Positions 12,701 to 25,657 of a DNA stretch of 64,000 bases are shown in pieces (within the stretch, counting starts at the first letter, position 1; each line of letters opens with the position of its first letter). The stretch comes from Eledone cirrhosa. Its lineage: Eukaryota. The position numbers and the translations under genes were made by a program. The notes beneath the pieces were generated by a model. The model searched no databases. It was not told the DNA's origin and worked only from the letters and a program-made list of their open reading frames with translations. The DNA lies in contig OZ024743.1 of the NCBI GenBank assembly GCA_964016885.1, positions 183,520,001 through 183,584,000 of the forward strand. The letters run 5' to 3'.

Positions 12701-15700
12701 ACCATGTCAATGGCTTAAAAGAGTTGTTTTTTTTGCCATGTTTTCTACAGTTGGATGTTCTTCCTAATATAAACTCATATTTTATTGTAAGTATGGTGTA
12801 TGGGTATACAAGAGATTTAGTGGGATAACAGGTAGACTAACAGGAAGGGAAGACTTTACATGTAGAAGATAAACAAGGGTAATTGAGGAGAAGAGTGTCA
12901 ATGATATAAACCTTCTCTAACCACAGGAAGGATCCATAGAAGTAGTTGATAGCTTCTGTTATCTAGGTGACTTAATTAGCAGTGGAGAAGGATGCTCCGA
13001 GAGCATAATAGCTAGAATAAGGATAGGATGGAAGAAGTTTAAAGAACTGCCCCCACTGCTGACAATAAAAGGTTTCTACTTATTTACAAAAAGACGACTG
13101 TATGTTGACTGTGTGTGAAGTGTGATGCTGTATGGTAGTGAAACATCGGCAGTGACTGCAGAAGACATGTGTAGGCTGAAGAGAAATGAAACAACCATGC
13201 TCTGTTGGATGTGCCATGTGAGAGAAAGGCAGAGCTTAGACGAACTGAGACAGAAACTGGGCTTAAGAGGAATCCAAGGTGGTGTGCAGAAGAGACTGTT
13301 GGTATGGACATGGTACGCATGGATGATGACTGCTGGGTGAAGAAGTGCCAGGAAATGCCAGTGGAAGGATGCCAAGAAAGACTTGGGCAGAGGTGGTGAA
13401 ATATAACCTCAAATCATTGAGACTCACAGAAGAGATGACAAAGGAATACGAGTGGTGAGATGCAGTGTTGAGAAGGACCTGTTCAACTCATGCAAGTGTG
13501 GGAAAAAAAATGATGATGATATCAGTGTGACTGCTATTTTGCTGGATATATTGTTTATGGGAGACTTAAACAACTACCATCTCAGGCTTTATAAATGATG
13601 TTAAGATATTTGCAATGAATGGAATATAAACATACACAAATACATGATGATTACTTCATTGACAGATGATAGTCATCTCAACATCACCTAAATCATTCCT
13701 GCAAGTCTACAGCTTCACATGTGCACAGAGGAGACTTTTCAAACCAGCAACGAAAGGCAAGACCAAACCTCATGCCCAGGCACTGACAATACATCAGTAC
13801 AGGTGACTGGGAAACACACACACACAAATAAACTCACTCAAATGTTCAGAAGGCTTACTGGAAGTGGTAGAAAATTTTAGCAGTGGAGGTGGATATAGTG
13901 ATAGTGTTGTAGCCAGAGTGAGAATGGGGTGGAAAAAGTTCAAGGAGCTATTACCTCTGCTCGCAACATGTTTCTCTCAAAGAATGAAAGGCATATATAA
14001 CATAAGTACCACACTGCATGGCAGTGAAACATGGGCATTGAGTGCATAAGATTTACAGCAGCTAAAAAGAAATGAAGCATACAAGCTTCGCTGGATATGT
14101 AATGTTAGTGTTTATATCAATAAAGCACAAGTGAACTGAGAGGAAAGTTGAGTATAAACTAAATTCAATAGAACATACAATTGAGATGATTGCGTTAATA
14201 TGAGCATTTGATTTGTAAGGAGGGCATGAGTTCTATAAAAAAATGTTGAGTTCTTAAAGTGAATGGAACCTGTAGAAGACCAAGAAAGACACAAGATAAA
14301 GTTGAGAAAAATGACCTAAAAAAAATGGATCTCACGAAGGAGATGACACTGGATTTGGGTAGACTGGTGATATACTATAATACAAATGGCTCTTCCATCA
14401 GTAAAAACACTGAGATACTAAAGATAAATGTGGTGAGAGACTAGAGGTTACAGTGTTTGGGGACTGAGTGGTGACATTAAAGATAGACATGGTGAGAGAC
14501 TGGAAATTACAGTGTTTTAGGATTGAATGGAAACAATATAGGATTAGAGAAGATCTGGACGATTATATGACAACCTCTCTAGTGTCAGTGCCATGATAAC
14601 ACACACCCAGTTAACCCTGTAAGGTGGTAATACTAGTGCCATGATAAAATGCACCCAGTCAACTCTGTAAAGTTGTGCTAGTGCCATGATAAAATTCCCC
14701 TACTACATCCTGTAAGGTGGTTGGCATTAGGAAAGGCATCCAGCCATAGAAACCATGACAACTATAGATGTGTGTGTGTATGTATGCATTTATCAGTCAG
14801 TGAGTTCATAAGGTTGCAGTCTTATAGATGTTTGGCCAATTGGCCCTGAACCAGCATTCTCAAATTGTTACCTTTTTGTCTTTATCCACCCCTTTCTTAC
14901 TGGTATAGTTTTTTTTTCTTCTTATGGCTCATCTTTACATATATATATGGAAAAAAAATAAAAGTTTCAATATCGTCATCATCATTTAATATCCATTTTC
15001 AATGGGTAAGGCGGGTAAGGCGGCTGGGCCTTCGGAAATAGTTGCTGAGATGCTGAAGGCATCTGGCACGGTGGGACACACCATGGTCACCCGCATAGTT
15101 AACCAAGTCGTACAGAATGGGGTTGTTCCGAAGGACTGGCATAGCAGCATCATCGTTAACTGTTATAAGGGTAAAGGAGACGCCCTAGATAGGAGTAACT
15201 ATAGAGGCATTAAATTAATCGACCAGGTCATGAAGGTCACGGAAAAAGTAATAGCGCAACTAATCAGAGAGAGAATTGACCTAGATGAAATGCAGTTCGG
15301 GTTTGTGTCAGGCAAAAGCACCACAGACGCTCTTTTCATAGTACGACAACTACAGGAGAAGTACCTAGCTAAAGGTAAACCCCTCTACTTAGCTTTTGTC
15401 GACCTGGAGAAAGCCTTCGACAGAGTCCCCCGCTCCATTATCTGGTGGGCTCTTAGAAAACTAGGCGTTGACGAATGGCTTGTGAGGGCTATACAAGCCA
15501 TGTATAAAGAAACAGTCAGCAAGGTTAGAATTAACAACGAATATAGTGAAGAGTTTAGCGTAAAAGTTGACGTCCATCAGGGCTCTGTTCTCAGCCCCCT
15601 ACTATTTATTATTGCCCTTCAGGCTATAACAGAGGAGTTCAAGACAGGCTGCCCGTGGGAACTCCTATACGCAGACGACCTGACACTCATAGCGGAATCA

Positions 15701-18700
15701 ATGGCCGAGCTAGAGAAGAAATTCCAAACATGGAAGCACGGCCTAGAGTCAAAAGGACTTAAAATTAACCTGGCTAAGACCAAAGTTCTAGTTTGTAGGA
15801 AAGAAAACAAGGCGGCAGTCCCTTCTGGGAAATGGTCGTGCTCGGTGTGTAGGAAATGCGTAGGTAGAAACTCCATTTTATGTCCTAAATGCAAAGTATG
15901 GGTGCATAAAAGATGTAGTGGGATCACAGGTAAGCTAACTAAGAACATAGATTTTACATGTGGCCGGTGTTCTGGTGCAATAAGTAGCAGCAAGTGCCCA
16001 CAAAATACTAGCTCTTTCAATTGCGCAGAGGGTTCTATAGAAATAGTGGACAGCTTCCGTTACCTGGGCGATAAAATCAGCAGTGGGGGAGGGTGCTCTG
16101 AAAGTACTGTAGCTAGAGTCAGAACTGGTTGGAAAAAGTTCAGAGAGCTTATACCACTATTAGCTGCTAAAGGGTTCTCCCTAAAAATGAAAGGCAGGTT
16201 GTACGATGCCTGCATACGAACAGCAATGTTGCATGGCAGTGAGACCTGGGCATTGTCTGCAGAGGATATACGCAGACTAGAGAGGAACGAAGCTTGCATG
16301 CTCCGCTGGATGTGTAACAGTAATATACGTGAACGGCAAAGCATAAACGAACTAAGGAAAAAATTAGAGATAAGAGGGATCAGATGTTGTTTACTCGAGA
16401 GAAGGCTACGTTGGTATGGACACGTGATGCGCATGAAAGTCGATAGCTGTATAACAAAGTGCAGGGCAATAAAGATAGACGGTAGCCACGGAATAGGCAG
16501 ACCTAGAAAAACCTGGGACGAGCTGATAAACTCCGACCTCACACACTTACACCTCTCCAAGACAATGTCACTGGACCGAGACCTTTGGCGGTACTCAGTA
16601 ACAGAGAAGACCCGCCTTGCCAGTAGGCATCTCTAACAAAATACACCCCGTCCCGCCACCACCCCCACCCCATCCACACCACCCCGTTCTATGTAAAGTT
16701 ATGTTGGTGCCGCGCCATCCAGGCCGAAACAAATGAGATCGTGTAGGTGTCACGACAAAAAAACACACAGTCCACGCTGTAATGTGGCCGTGTAGGCAAC
16801 ACGGTAAAAACCTCCCAGACCCACACTGTAAATGTGGTTGGTGTTAGGAAGGGCATCCAACTGTAGAAAACCTGCCAGACAGTCCTATGCGAGCAAGACA
16901 ATCACTCTTGCCTCAAGTGGGACTACCCCCGTCCAAACCCATGCAAGCGTGGAACACGGACGTTAAACGTTGATGATGATGATGATGATGAATGCCAGCA
17001 AGAGTTGGATGGGTTTTGACAGATTGGCTTGGTTTCTATGGCTGGATGCCCTTCTTACCACCTACCATATTACAGGGTGGACTGGGTGCTTTTTGTCATG
17101 TCAACAGCACAACCACCTTACAGGATGGACTGGGTGTTTTTGATGTGGTTCATTATATCAGTAAGTAGTGCTTGGTTAAAACTTAAAATGTCTACCTAGT
17201 CTACCCAGATATGAATATAGTAATAAACAAAACAAAACAAAGTTTTCATGAGAGAGAAAAAAATCACACTCACCATAAATAAATTATTTTCAGTGAAAAG
17301 AAAATTGATATGCAGAATAAATTATTGATTTATTTTTACTTATATAGGTATTTTATGAAAGCAAATATAATGAAAGTATTTGTCATAAAGTTTCTATGAA
17401 ATAAATGACAATTCTATCAGTGTATTTCTACAAAGACAAGTTTCACCCTTATCTACAGAGTACAGGACAATCAACATAAAATGACTAACTTTCTATAAAA
17501 GGAAGTATTAAAGTAAATTATTTGATTACTGAGATTTCCACACCTTAATTCTTTATTGAAAAGAGGGAGGAGGAGAAAGAAGAAATATATCAAGAGTGAA
17601 ATGCAGGTCAAATTATTGTTGGTTGTTGCAAGTCAGTGTTACATATCATGTAATATGATTTGACCGTTTGTATTTGCAATCATATTCTTTTGAGTTGCGT
17701 TACTTGATGGAGTGTATAGATGGGAGATCAGAGAGTCACTCTAGGTAGAGCCGCTACTTCTCCAAATTGAAAGATCACAGCTCCGATACTATGGGCATGT
17801 GGTTAGAATGTCTCAGGAAAGAATCACTAAACAGATTTTATGGGCAAAACCAACTAGCAGGAGACCCAGGGGTAGATTCCAAGTAAGATGGTTGGATAAC
17901 ATCCATGAGCTTGGTTGGTCTCGCTTGGAGATCCAGCCGGATCAATTGGAGATGGTTGCTTCTAACAGGACCCACTGGAAGGAGTGTTTGAGGACTCTGC
18001 TCCCACAACCTTCCCAGGAATACGAGGAAGAGGAGAAGAACCACTAGTTAGTAGTCATCATCATCATCATCATTTCATTTTACCTCCACTTTTCTCTGCT
18101 TGCAAGGGTGGGACGGGAACTGATTCTGGCTTGATTTCTACAGCTGGATGCCCTTCCTAACACCAACCTCATTTACAGTGAGTGCTGGATGCTTTCTTGC
18201 CGTGGCACCTCCACGACCACTTTGCAGTGGAATGATAGGGATCCCAGTCCCTATCATCTCATTTCTACAGCTGAGTAAACTGGAGCAATGTGAAATAAAG
18301 TGCCTTGCTCAAGGAAACAACACATCGCCCAGTCTGAGAATTGAACTCACAACCTTTTGATTGCAAGGCCTATGCTCTAACCACTAAGCCATGTGCCTCC
18401 ATCATATATATTTAATAACCACACTGATATAAAGCTGAGAGATATTACAATAGATTGGTTATTTTGGCACACCACACCCTTTGACATACCTATATTTCTT
18501 TTCTTTGCTATCTTTACTATGTCAGTGTCAACCAGGTCCTACCCAACCTTTCTTCATCAGCATGCCAACACATTCTTCTATTACCACATATTTCTGCAGA
18601 TGTGACCTTTCAGATGAACATAAACCCTCACATTACTCTCAGCACTCCCGTGGGCCTGCAAAGTTTATGACTGCATCATGACCAAACCACACACAAAAAA

Positions 18701-21357
18701 AGGATGGGACATTTCTTGTAAGTATTCTGTTTTTGATGTGAAGTGAACATAGGTCATCTTAGTCCAAGTAAAATTATGGCATGTAAATGTTATCATTTTA
18801 TATCTGTTGTTCCACACTTGCATGGGTTGGACAGGTCCTTCCCAGTACAGCATCTCCCTACTTGTCGCATTCCTCTGTCATCTCCTCTGTGAACTTCAGT
18901 GATCTGAGATCAGTTCTCATCACTTCCATCCAGGTCTTCCTCCTGTCACTGAATAAACAACATTGTGTTTTATCTCGTCAATGATATGACAGCGATCTCT
19001 TGTTGGACCTCTGTCGGTTCCAACAGAAACATCTACCCTTAATGTAGTTCTCAAGTAGATTCAGCATGATACTGCATGACAAAGCTGGTCCTTTCAATTA
19101 CAGGTGTAACTCATATTTTGCCAGCTGAGTGGAGTGGAGTAACACAAAATAAAGTGTCTTGTTCAAGGATACAACATGATGCTGGACATCAAATATTATG
19201 ATTATCAGCAGCACACCCTGCACTTTCAGTAGTGATCCCGGATATGAAATCACCATAAGATTAGCTAATAGTTAAACTGGTTTAGAAAACACACAACATT
19301 AGGATTAACACTTTTGTAACCATGTTTCTAATGAAATATATTTGACTAGCATTAAAGCCCGGCGTTGCTCGGGGTCAGTAAGTTACCAAATTTAGGTTGC
19401 ACCACCCATTTTATGGCAGCACTTTTTTGTCTGCCAGGCACTGGGTGAATGAATTGCAGACCTGGACTGCCGAAGCAGGAGCTGCGCCAGCAGTGACAAT
19501 TGTAGTTTCGCCTATGGATATTATCTCTGTGCAAAGAAGTATTGAAATTTATTGTTTCACAGTACTTGCGCAACCCGCGCGTAGACGATGCCGGCCAAAC
19601 AACAGAGCTGCGATGGAGTTGTTCTGCATGGTTGCCTAATGTGAGTTTTCTAAATTTAAGACAGTAGGTAGGGGTGTGATATGGGGGAGAGTTAGCTGCT
19701 GTTTCTAGCAGGTTTATTGACCTCACAGAGGATATGTTTTCTAAATTTAAGACAGTAGAGAGGGGTGTGATATGGGGGAGAGTTAGCTGCTGTTTCTAGC
19801 AGGTTTAGTGACCTCATAGAGGATATTATTGTGTATAGTAAATGAACTGATACTTCTTTCTTCCAAGTTCGTTGAGAGATGTTTTAAAAAAGATTTATCG
19901 TTATTTTTTTTGTTGTTGAATAAATTTATCTGTTGCTTTTGAATAATTGTTGTTTCGACTCAAAAACAAACGTTCTCTCTCTCTCACTCTCTTCTCTCTC
20001 TTCTTTCTTCGACGTTCCTAAAGGAAGTTTGTAAGTTTAAGCATATATAAGAGAAAGTTGCAGCATGTATGTAGTTTTATCGAATTTGAAGGGGAGTAGA
20101 GAGAGGATATCAGATTGTATTAGAGGGGTTAAGCGTCATGTATTTAGTTTTATCGATTATTTCCGTAATTGTGGGTGAGTTTGAAATAAATAAATAGTCG
20201 TTGACCTAAGTTAGACCATTTACAACATTCTTACAGACTTTGAGTCGAATCGGTTTGAAATTGTGCAAATGTATAAACACGGAACATGCACACACACGCA
20301 CACACAACAACAATCTGCCTTTTATAGATAATGATGATTTGGAAGGATTTGGAAGGATTTATTAAAAGGATTTATTAAAATTATAAATTATTTCATTATT
20401 AAGACGGTAAAAACAAGAATATATCCCTAGATTGATTTTATGGGAAAAACCAACCAGCAGGAGACCCAGAGGTAGACCCCAAGTAAGATGGTTGGATAAC
20501 ATCCATGAGCTTGGCTGGTCTCATTTGGGGATCCAGTAGGATCAGTTGGAGACAGTTGCTTCTGACAAGACCTGCTGGAAGGAGTGTTCGAGGACTCTGC
20601 ACCCAATGACTCTCTAAGGAATAAGTGGGCGAAGAAGATTATAATGGTATTTGTAATTTAACAAAAGGTTCATCGTTTTGGAAGGTTTCACATGAGCATT
20701 CACATTACTCTATATATACTATTATATTTTCATGGTAAAGGCTTTACCTCACATAATATCGAATCTATGAGATTTTGAAAGTATTTATTTTGAGAACAAT
20801 ATCTTAACCAGTTTGAGTGACCAGTTACAGCCAGTTTGAACAGAAAAAGGTAGAGAATTCTGGCCGGTTTGAACATTAAAGCGTTAAATAGTAATACTTT
20901 AAAATAGGTGTTTCTTGTTTCATAGACATAGTGGTTGTTTTGGAGAGATTGGTTTGAAATGGGTTAAGTTAAAGTCAAACTTTGATGATACTCTAAAACG
21001 AAACATCTAGTTTTTGAGACAGCTTTTCTTGAAAGGATACATTAGAATGGTAACTTTTTCATTGACTTCGCTATGTATGGTATGAATGTTTGAAGCAAAT
21101 TTGGAATCTATTCCTGAAAGTTAAGTGAATCTAGGCATATAGTAGTGCCAAATATCTTGCCTGAGGCACAAATGTCTGCAACAGAAATCTCTATCACAAT
21201 AACTTTACTACTCAACCATTTTCCTTTCACTGGTTTAGAGTAGATCAAACATGATATTATAAAAACTGGGGGTTTCCCATACTTAGCTTGAGGTGAGGTA
21301 TTCACATCTATTTCAACAACATCCAAACTGAAGTATTTTGGTCTTAAATAGATAGTA

Positions 21358-21404
<47 letters not shown>

Positions 21405-22860
21405 GAGAGAGAGCCATGTGGACAGGCTGAAAGATGTGTGCTCAGGCAGGCACACATGTAGAGAGGCACGTAGTCAAGAAGGTAAAGATATATACAGATA
21501 AACAGATAAATCAGCAGGCAGGTAGATAAAACAGACATATTAGAGCCAAACTAATAAACAAATGAATGATTAGAGAGAGAAAGAGGAAGAGAGGTTTAGA
21601 CATGCACACATGTATTATAAACAGTCATATATTAAACACATATACATGCACAAATACCCACATATACCTATATACATGCTTATAATCAACACACACACAC
21701 ACACACAAATATATTGGTATAAATATCTTTGGTAGTATACAGAGTAATATATTATCATCCTCATCATCTAAGATCCATTTCCCTGCTAACATGTATAATT
21801 GTCAGAAGAAGTAATAAAACACTGTTTATCACTTGGATTAAAAAATATAAAACATTGTTTATCACTTGGATTAAAACATACAATAAAACATTGTTTATTA
21901 CTTGGATTAAAAAATATAAAAAAAAACACTTTATAATCTGAATCCATTGTTTTGCCTTCTATGAGATTTATCAAATATATACATACACCTATACACTCCT
22001 ACCTACATAAACATTTTTTAATTTCAATTCTAGTATAAGAAAAGGTAATTTACTCACTTGGCCCTTCTGATAAACCACTGCTGCCCTTTGGATCAGCACC
22101 TTTGTTCATAATGATACTCTTTATAAGGTCATAATTTGGACTAATTTTCTCCAAGTCCTTTAACAAAAAAGAAAAGAAAAAAAAAAATCAACATCAAACA
22201 ATCATCATCATCACCACCACCATTATCACCAGCATCATCACCACCACCATCACTATCATCAAATAGATATTACATTAACCCTTTTGGTACCAAACCGTTT
22301 CTGGTTCTATGATACAAAATTATTTGTTTTAAATTGTTTATATTTATCTCAAAACTTCCCATCATAATTTTATGCAAGAACCCTTGTTAAGTTAGGTTCC
22401 AAAAGTCAACCTAATAATGAGAAAGTTATGTTACTAAATCCTTCTAAATTCTTGATTATTTTTAAAATCATTTGAATAGCATATGCAATGACTTTCATTA
22501 GAAATATAGCAATGAAAGGAGTAATATATATATTTAAAAGATTGACATGTGCAGCTGGGTTGGAAGTGGTATCAAGACTGGTGGTTGTAAGATCAGTCAG
22601 TTGGAATTTGCAGACGACATGTGATCTCTGACATGCACTTGATAGGTTTGAGCAGCACAGCAGGAATGAAAATCAGTGCTGTGAAGAATGAGACAATCAT
22701 CCTTTCAAGGAACCCTACATATGGATGGAGTTCCACAGAAGCAGGTGGAGAAGTTTAAGTATCTTGGTGCCAGGATGGATAACTTGCTGTAGAATATTGT
22801 CTCTAAAACTATTTGCCTAAACCATGCCAGCATAATGAAAAAACAGTGAAGGTAGGTGTG

Positions 22861-22903
<43 letters not shown>

Positions 22904-23096
22904 TGTGTATATTGTTCGTACTGCCTCTCTGTTTTGTTCCCGTTCAATTTTTTACTATATATATATAAAGTGCTCAAGTTGGTATATATAATATACAGCT
23001 TGGCACCACGGTCGGGATTTTACTTATCCATATATATATATACACACCCACATACATATGTAATTTATTATAGCTGTGAAGCTATACCAGCAAGTT

Positions 23097-23152
<56 letters not shown>

Positions 23153-25622
23153 CATCTACATGTAATTTATTATAGCTGTTTAGCTACACCAGCGAGTTGA
23201 GATCCAGAAGTTTTGTGCATAATTCACTTTTCAAAACTAGCTTAAATTTACCATCCCTGTACCCATGTTTCTCCCTTTCTTCCCCACAAGGTAACCTCCC
23301 CTCCACCCACAACTAAACAATGAAATACTTACAGAATTTACAAGGCCAAAATGAGGGTCTCCTGGAATTTCTTCACTGCACATAAATATATCTGCGTCTT
23401 TGGTCTAAAATAGTAACAAATACACACAAAAAAAAAAAAGAGAAATAAAAAACATCAACAGCTGTTTTTTGTTTTTGTTCTGTTAATTTTTATTCATCTT
23501 TCCAAACATCTGAGGGTAGACAATTCTTGAGATGATGTTGGAGTACATGAAATATTTTGAGAAGAGGAGGAGAAAGAGGTGTGTTGATGTAACAAGGTAG
23601 CGTGACAATGAGTAGTGTTGAGTGGGACACTGCATGTTGTTGAGGAGGGGAGGTGGCAGATGTGTTATCTAGATATATACATATATATATGTCACTTCTT
23701 CATGTACCGACCTTAATCTTTGGCCTACACTAAATTTTTGTCAGCCAAGTTGCACATAATGTGATGTGCGTATATACACACATTCATATCTATCTATCTA
23801 TATCTATATGTATACACACACACACACATATATATATATAGACACACACAATGTGATGTGCATATATATATATATACACATACACACGTGTGAGACAACA
23901 CACAAATAAATTTACCATATATCTATATGTAGATAATCATCATCATCATCATACAACAATGACTAATAATATATATATTTTTTCTTTACATTTAATTAAC
24001 ATTTTAGTATATGTCTCAATTGAATGCTTGCGATTGTTAAGAGAAGGGACACAGCCATATATCTAGAAGAGGGTCCAGTTAAGAGAAGGGACACATTCAT
24101 ATATGTAGAAGAGGGTCCAGTTAAGAGAAGGGACACAGCCATATATCTCGAAGAGGGTCCAGTTAAGAGAAGGGACACAGCCATATATATAGAGGAGGGT
24201 CACAACCATATATCTAGAAGAGGGTCCAGTTAAGAGAAGGGACACAGCCATATATTTAGAGGAGGGTCCAGTTAAGAGAAGGGAAACAGCCATATATCTA
24301 GAAGAGGGTCCAGTTAAGAGAAGGGACACAGTCATATATTTAGGGGAGGGTCCAGTTAAGAGAAGGGACACAGCCATATATTTAGAGGAGGGTCCAGTTA
24401 AAGGAAGGGACACAGCCATATATCTAGAAGAGGGTCCAATTAAGAGAAGGGACACAGCCATATATTTAGGGGAGGGTCCAGTTAAGAGAAGGGACACAGC
24501 CATATATTTAGGGGAGGATCCAGTTAAGAGGAGCACAGCCATATATTTAGGGAGATGGGTTCAGTTAAGAGAAGGGACAGCCATATATTTAGGGGGATGG
24601 GTCCAGTTATATCATCCTCAATACTTCACTGGGACTAGATTTTACTTTCAAATTGATTATGTTAAATGATGTAACACAGCCCCCACCTTCAAATATTTAG
24701 TTTGGCGTTCTCCTGATTCTCCCAATCCTACAAGCTACCGCTACCACTACTACTAATATCACCACCACCACTAATAATAATAATTGTTTCTACTTTTTGG
24801 CACAAGGCCAGCAATTAGCCAGTGCATTACTGGTACTTTATTTTATTGACCCCGTAAGGATGAAAGGCAAAGTCAACCTCGGCGGGATTTGAACTCAGAA
24901 TGGCAAGGGCCGTAACTCTATGCGTCAAAGCATGGCGTCCGACCCTCTACCGATACTGCCAATCCACCGCCACTAATAATAATAATAATTTCTTTATTAA
25001 CCACAAAGAATTTAGACAAAGCACAACAAGAACAGTAAAATATGATACAGTTCGGTTTCATGGAGAATGCAAAACTGAGAAATCATCCCCCCACAAATAA
25101 ATATATATATATCTAATATATATATATCTAATCAATTTTAGGGGAGCAGTAAGTAGATTACATTGATCCCAGTACTTCACTGGTCCTTTATTTTATTGAC
25201 TTTGAAATGATGAAAGGCAAAGTTGACTGGAGCAGGTTTGGAACTCAGACTGTAAAGACTCCTAACAAATGGAGCAAAGCTAATGCTTGAATATAACAAC
25301 AATAATAATAATAATAATAATAATGGGTTCTGATTTAGGCACAAGGCCAACAATTTGGGGGAAGAAAAGTTGATTGAATCGACCCCAGTATGTGACTCGT
25401 TCTTTAATCAACCCCGTAGGGATGATAGGCAAAGCTAACCTTGGCGGGATTTGAGCTCAGAACTTAAAGAGGCATAATAATTTCTACTCTAAGCACAAGG
25501 CCAGCAATTTTGGGGGATAAGAAGTCAATTAAATCGACCCCAGTGCATTACTGGTATTTTATTTTATCGACCCCATATGGATGAAAGGTAAAGTTAACCG
25601 CAGTGGGATTTGAACTCGGGAC

Positions 25623-25657
<35 letters not shown>

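Noticed and set aside
15619-16560. Antisense ORFs over LINE RT regions (also at 33743, 41395, 41704, 42409) and over ASH2L exon 2 (48783)
   Set aside because: Shadow frames of real coding sequence with no independent evidence.
23996-24542. ORFs with 14-aa repeats on both strands
   Set aside because: Produced by the 42-bp minisatellite; no splice or homology support.
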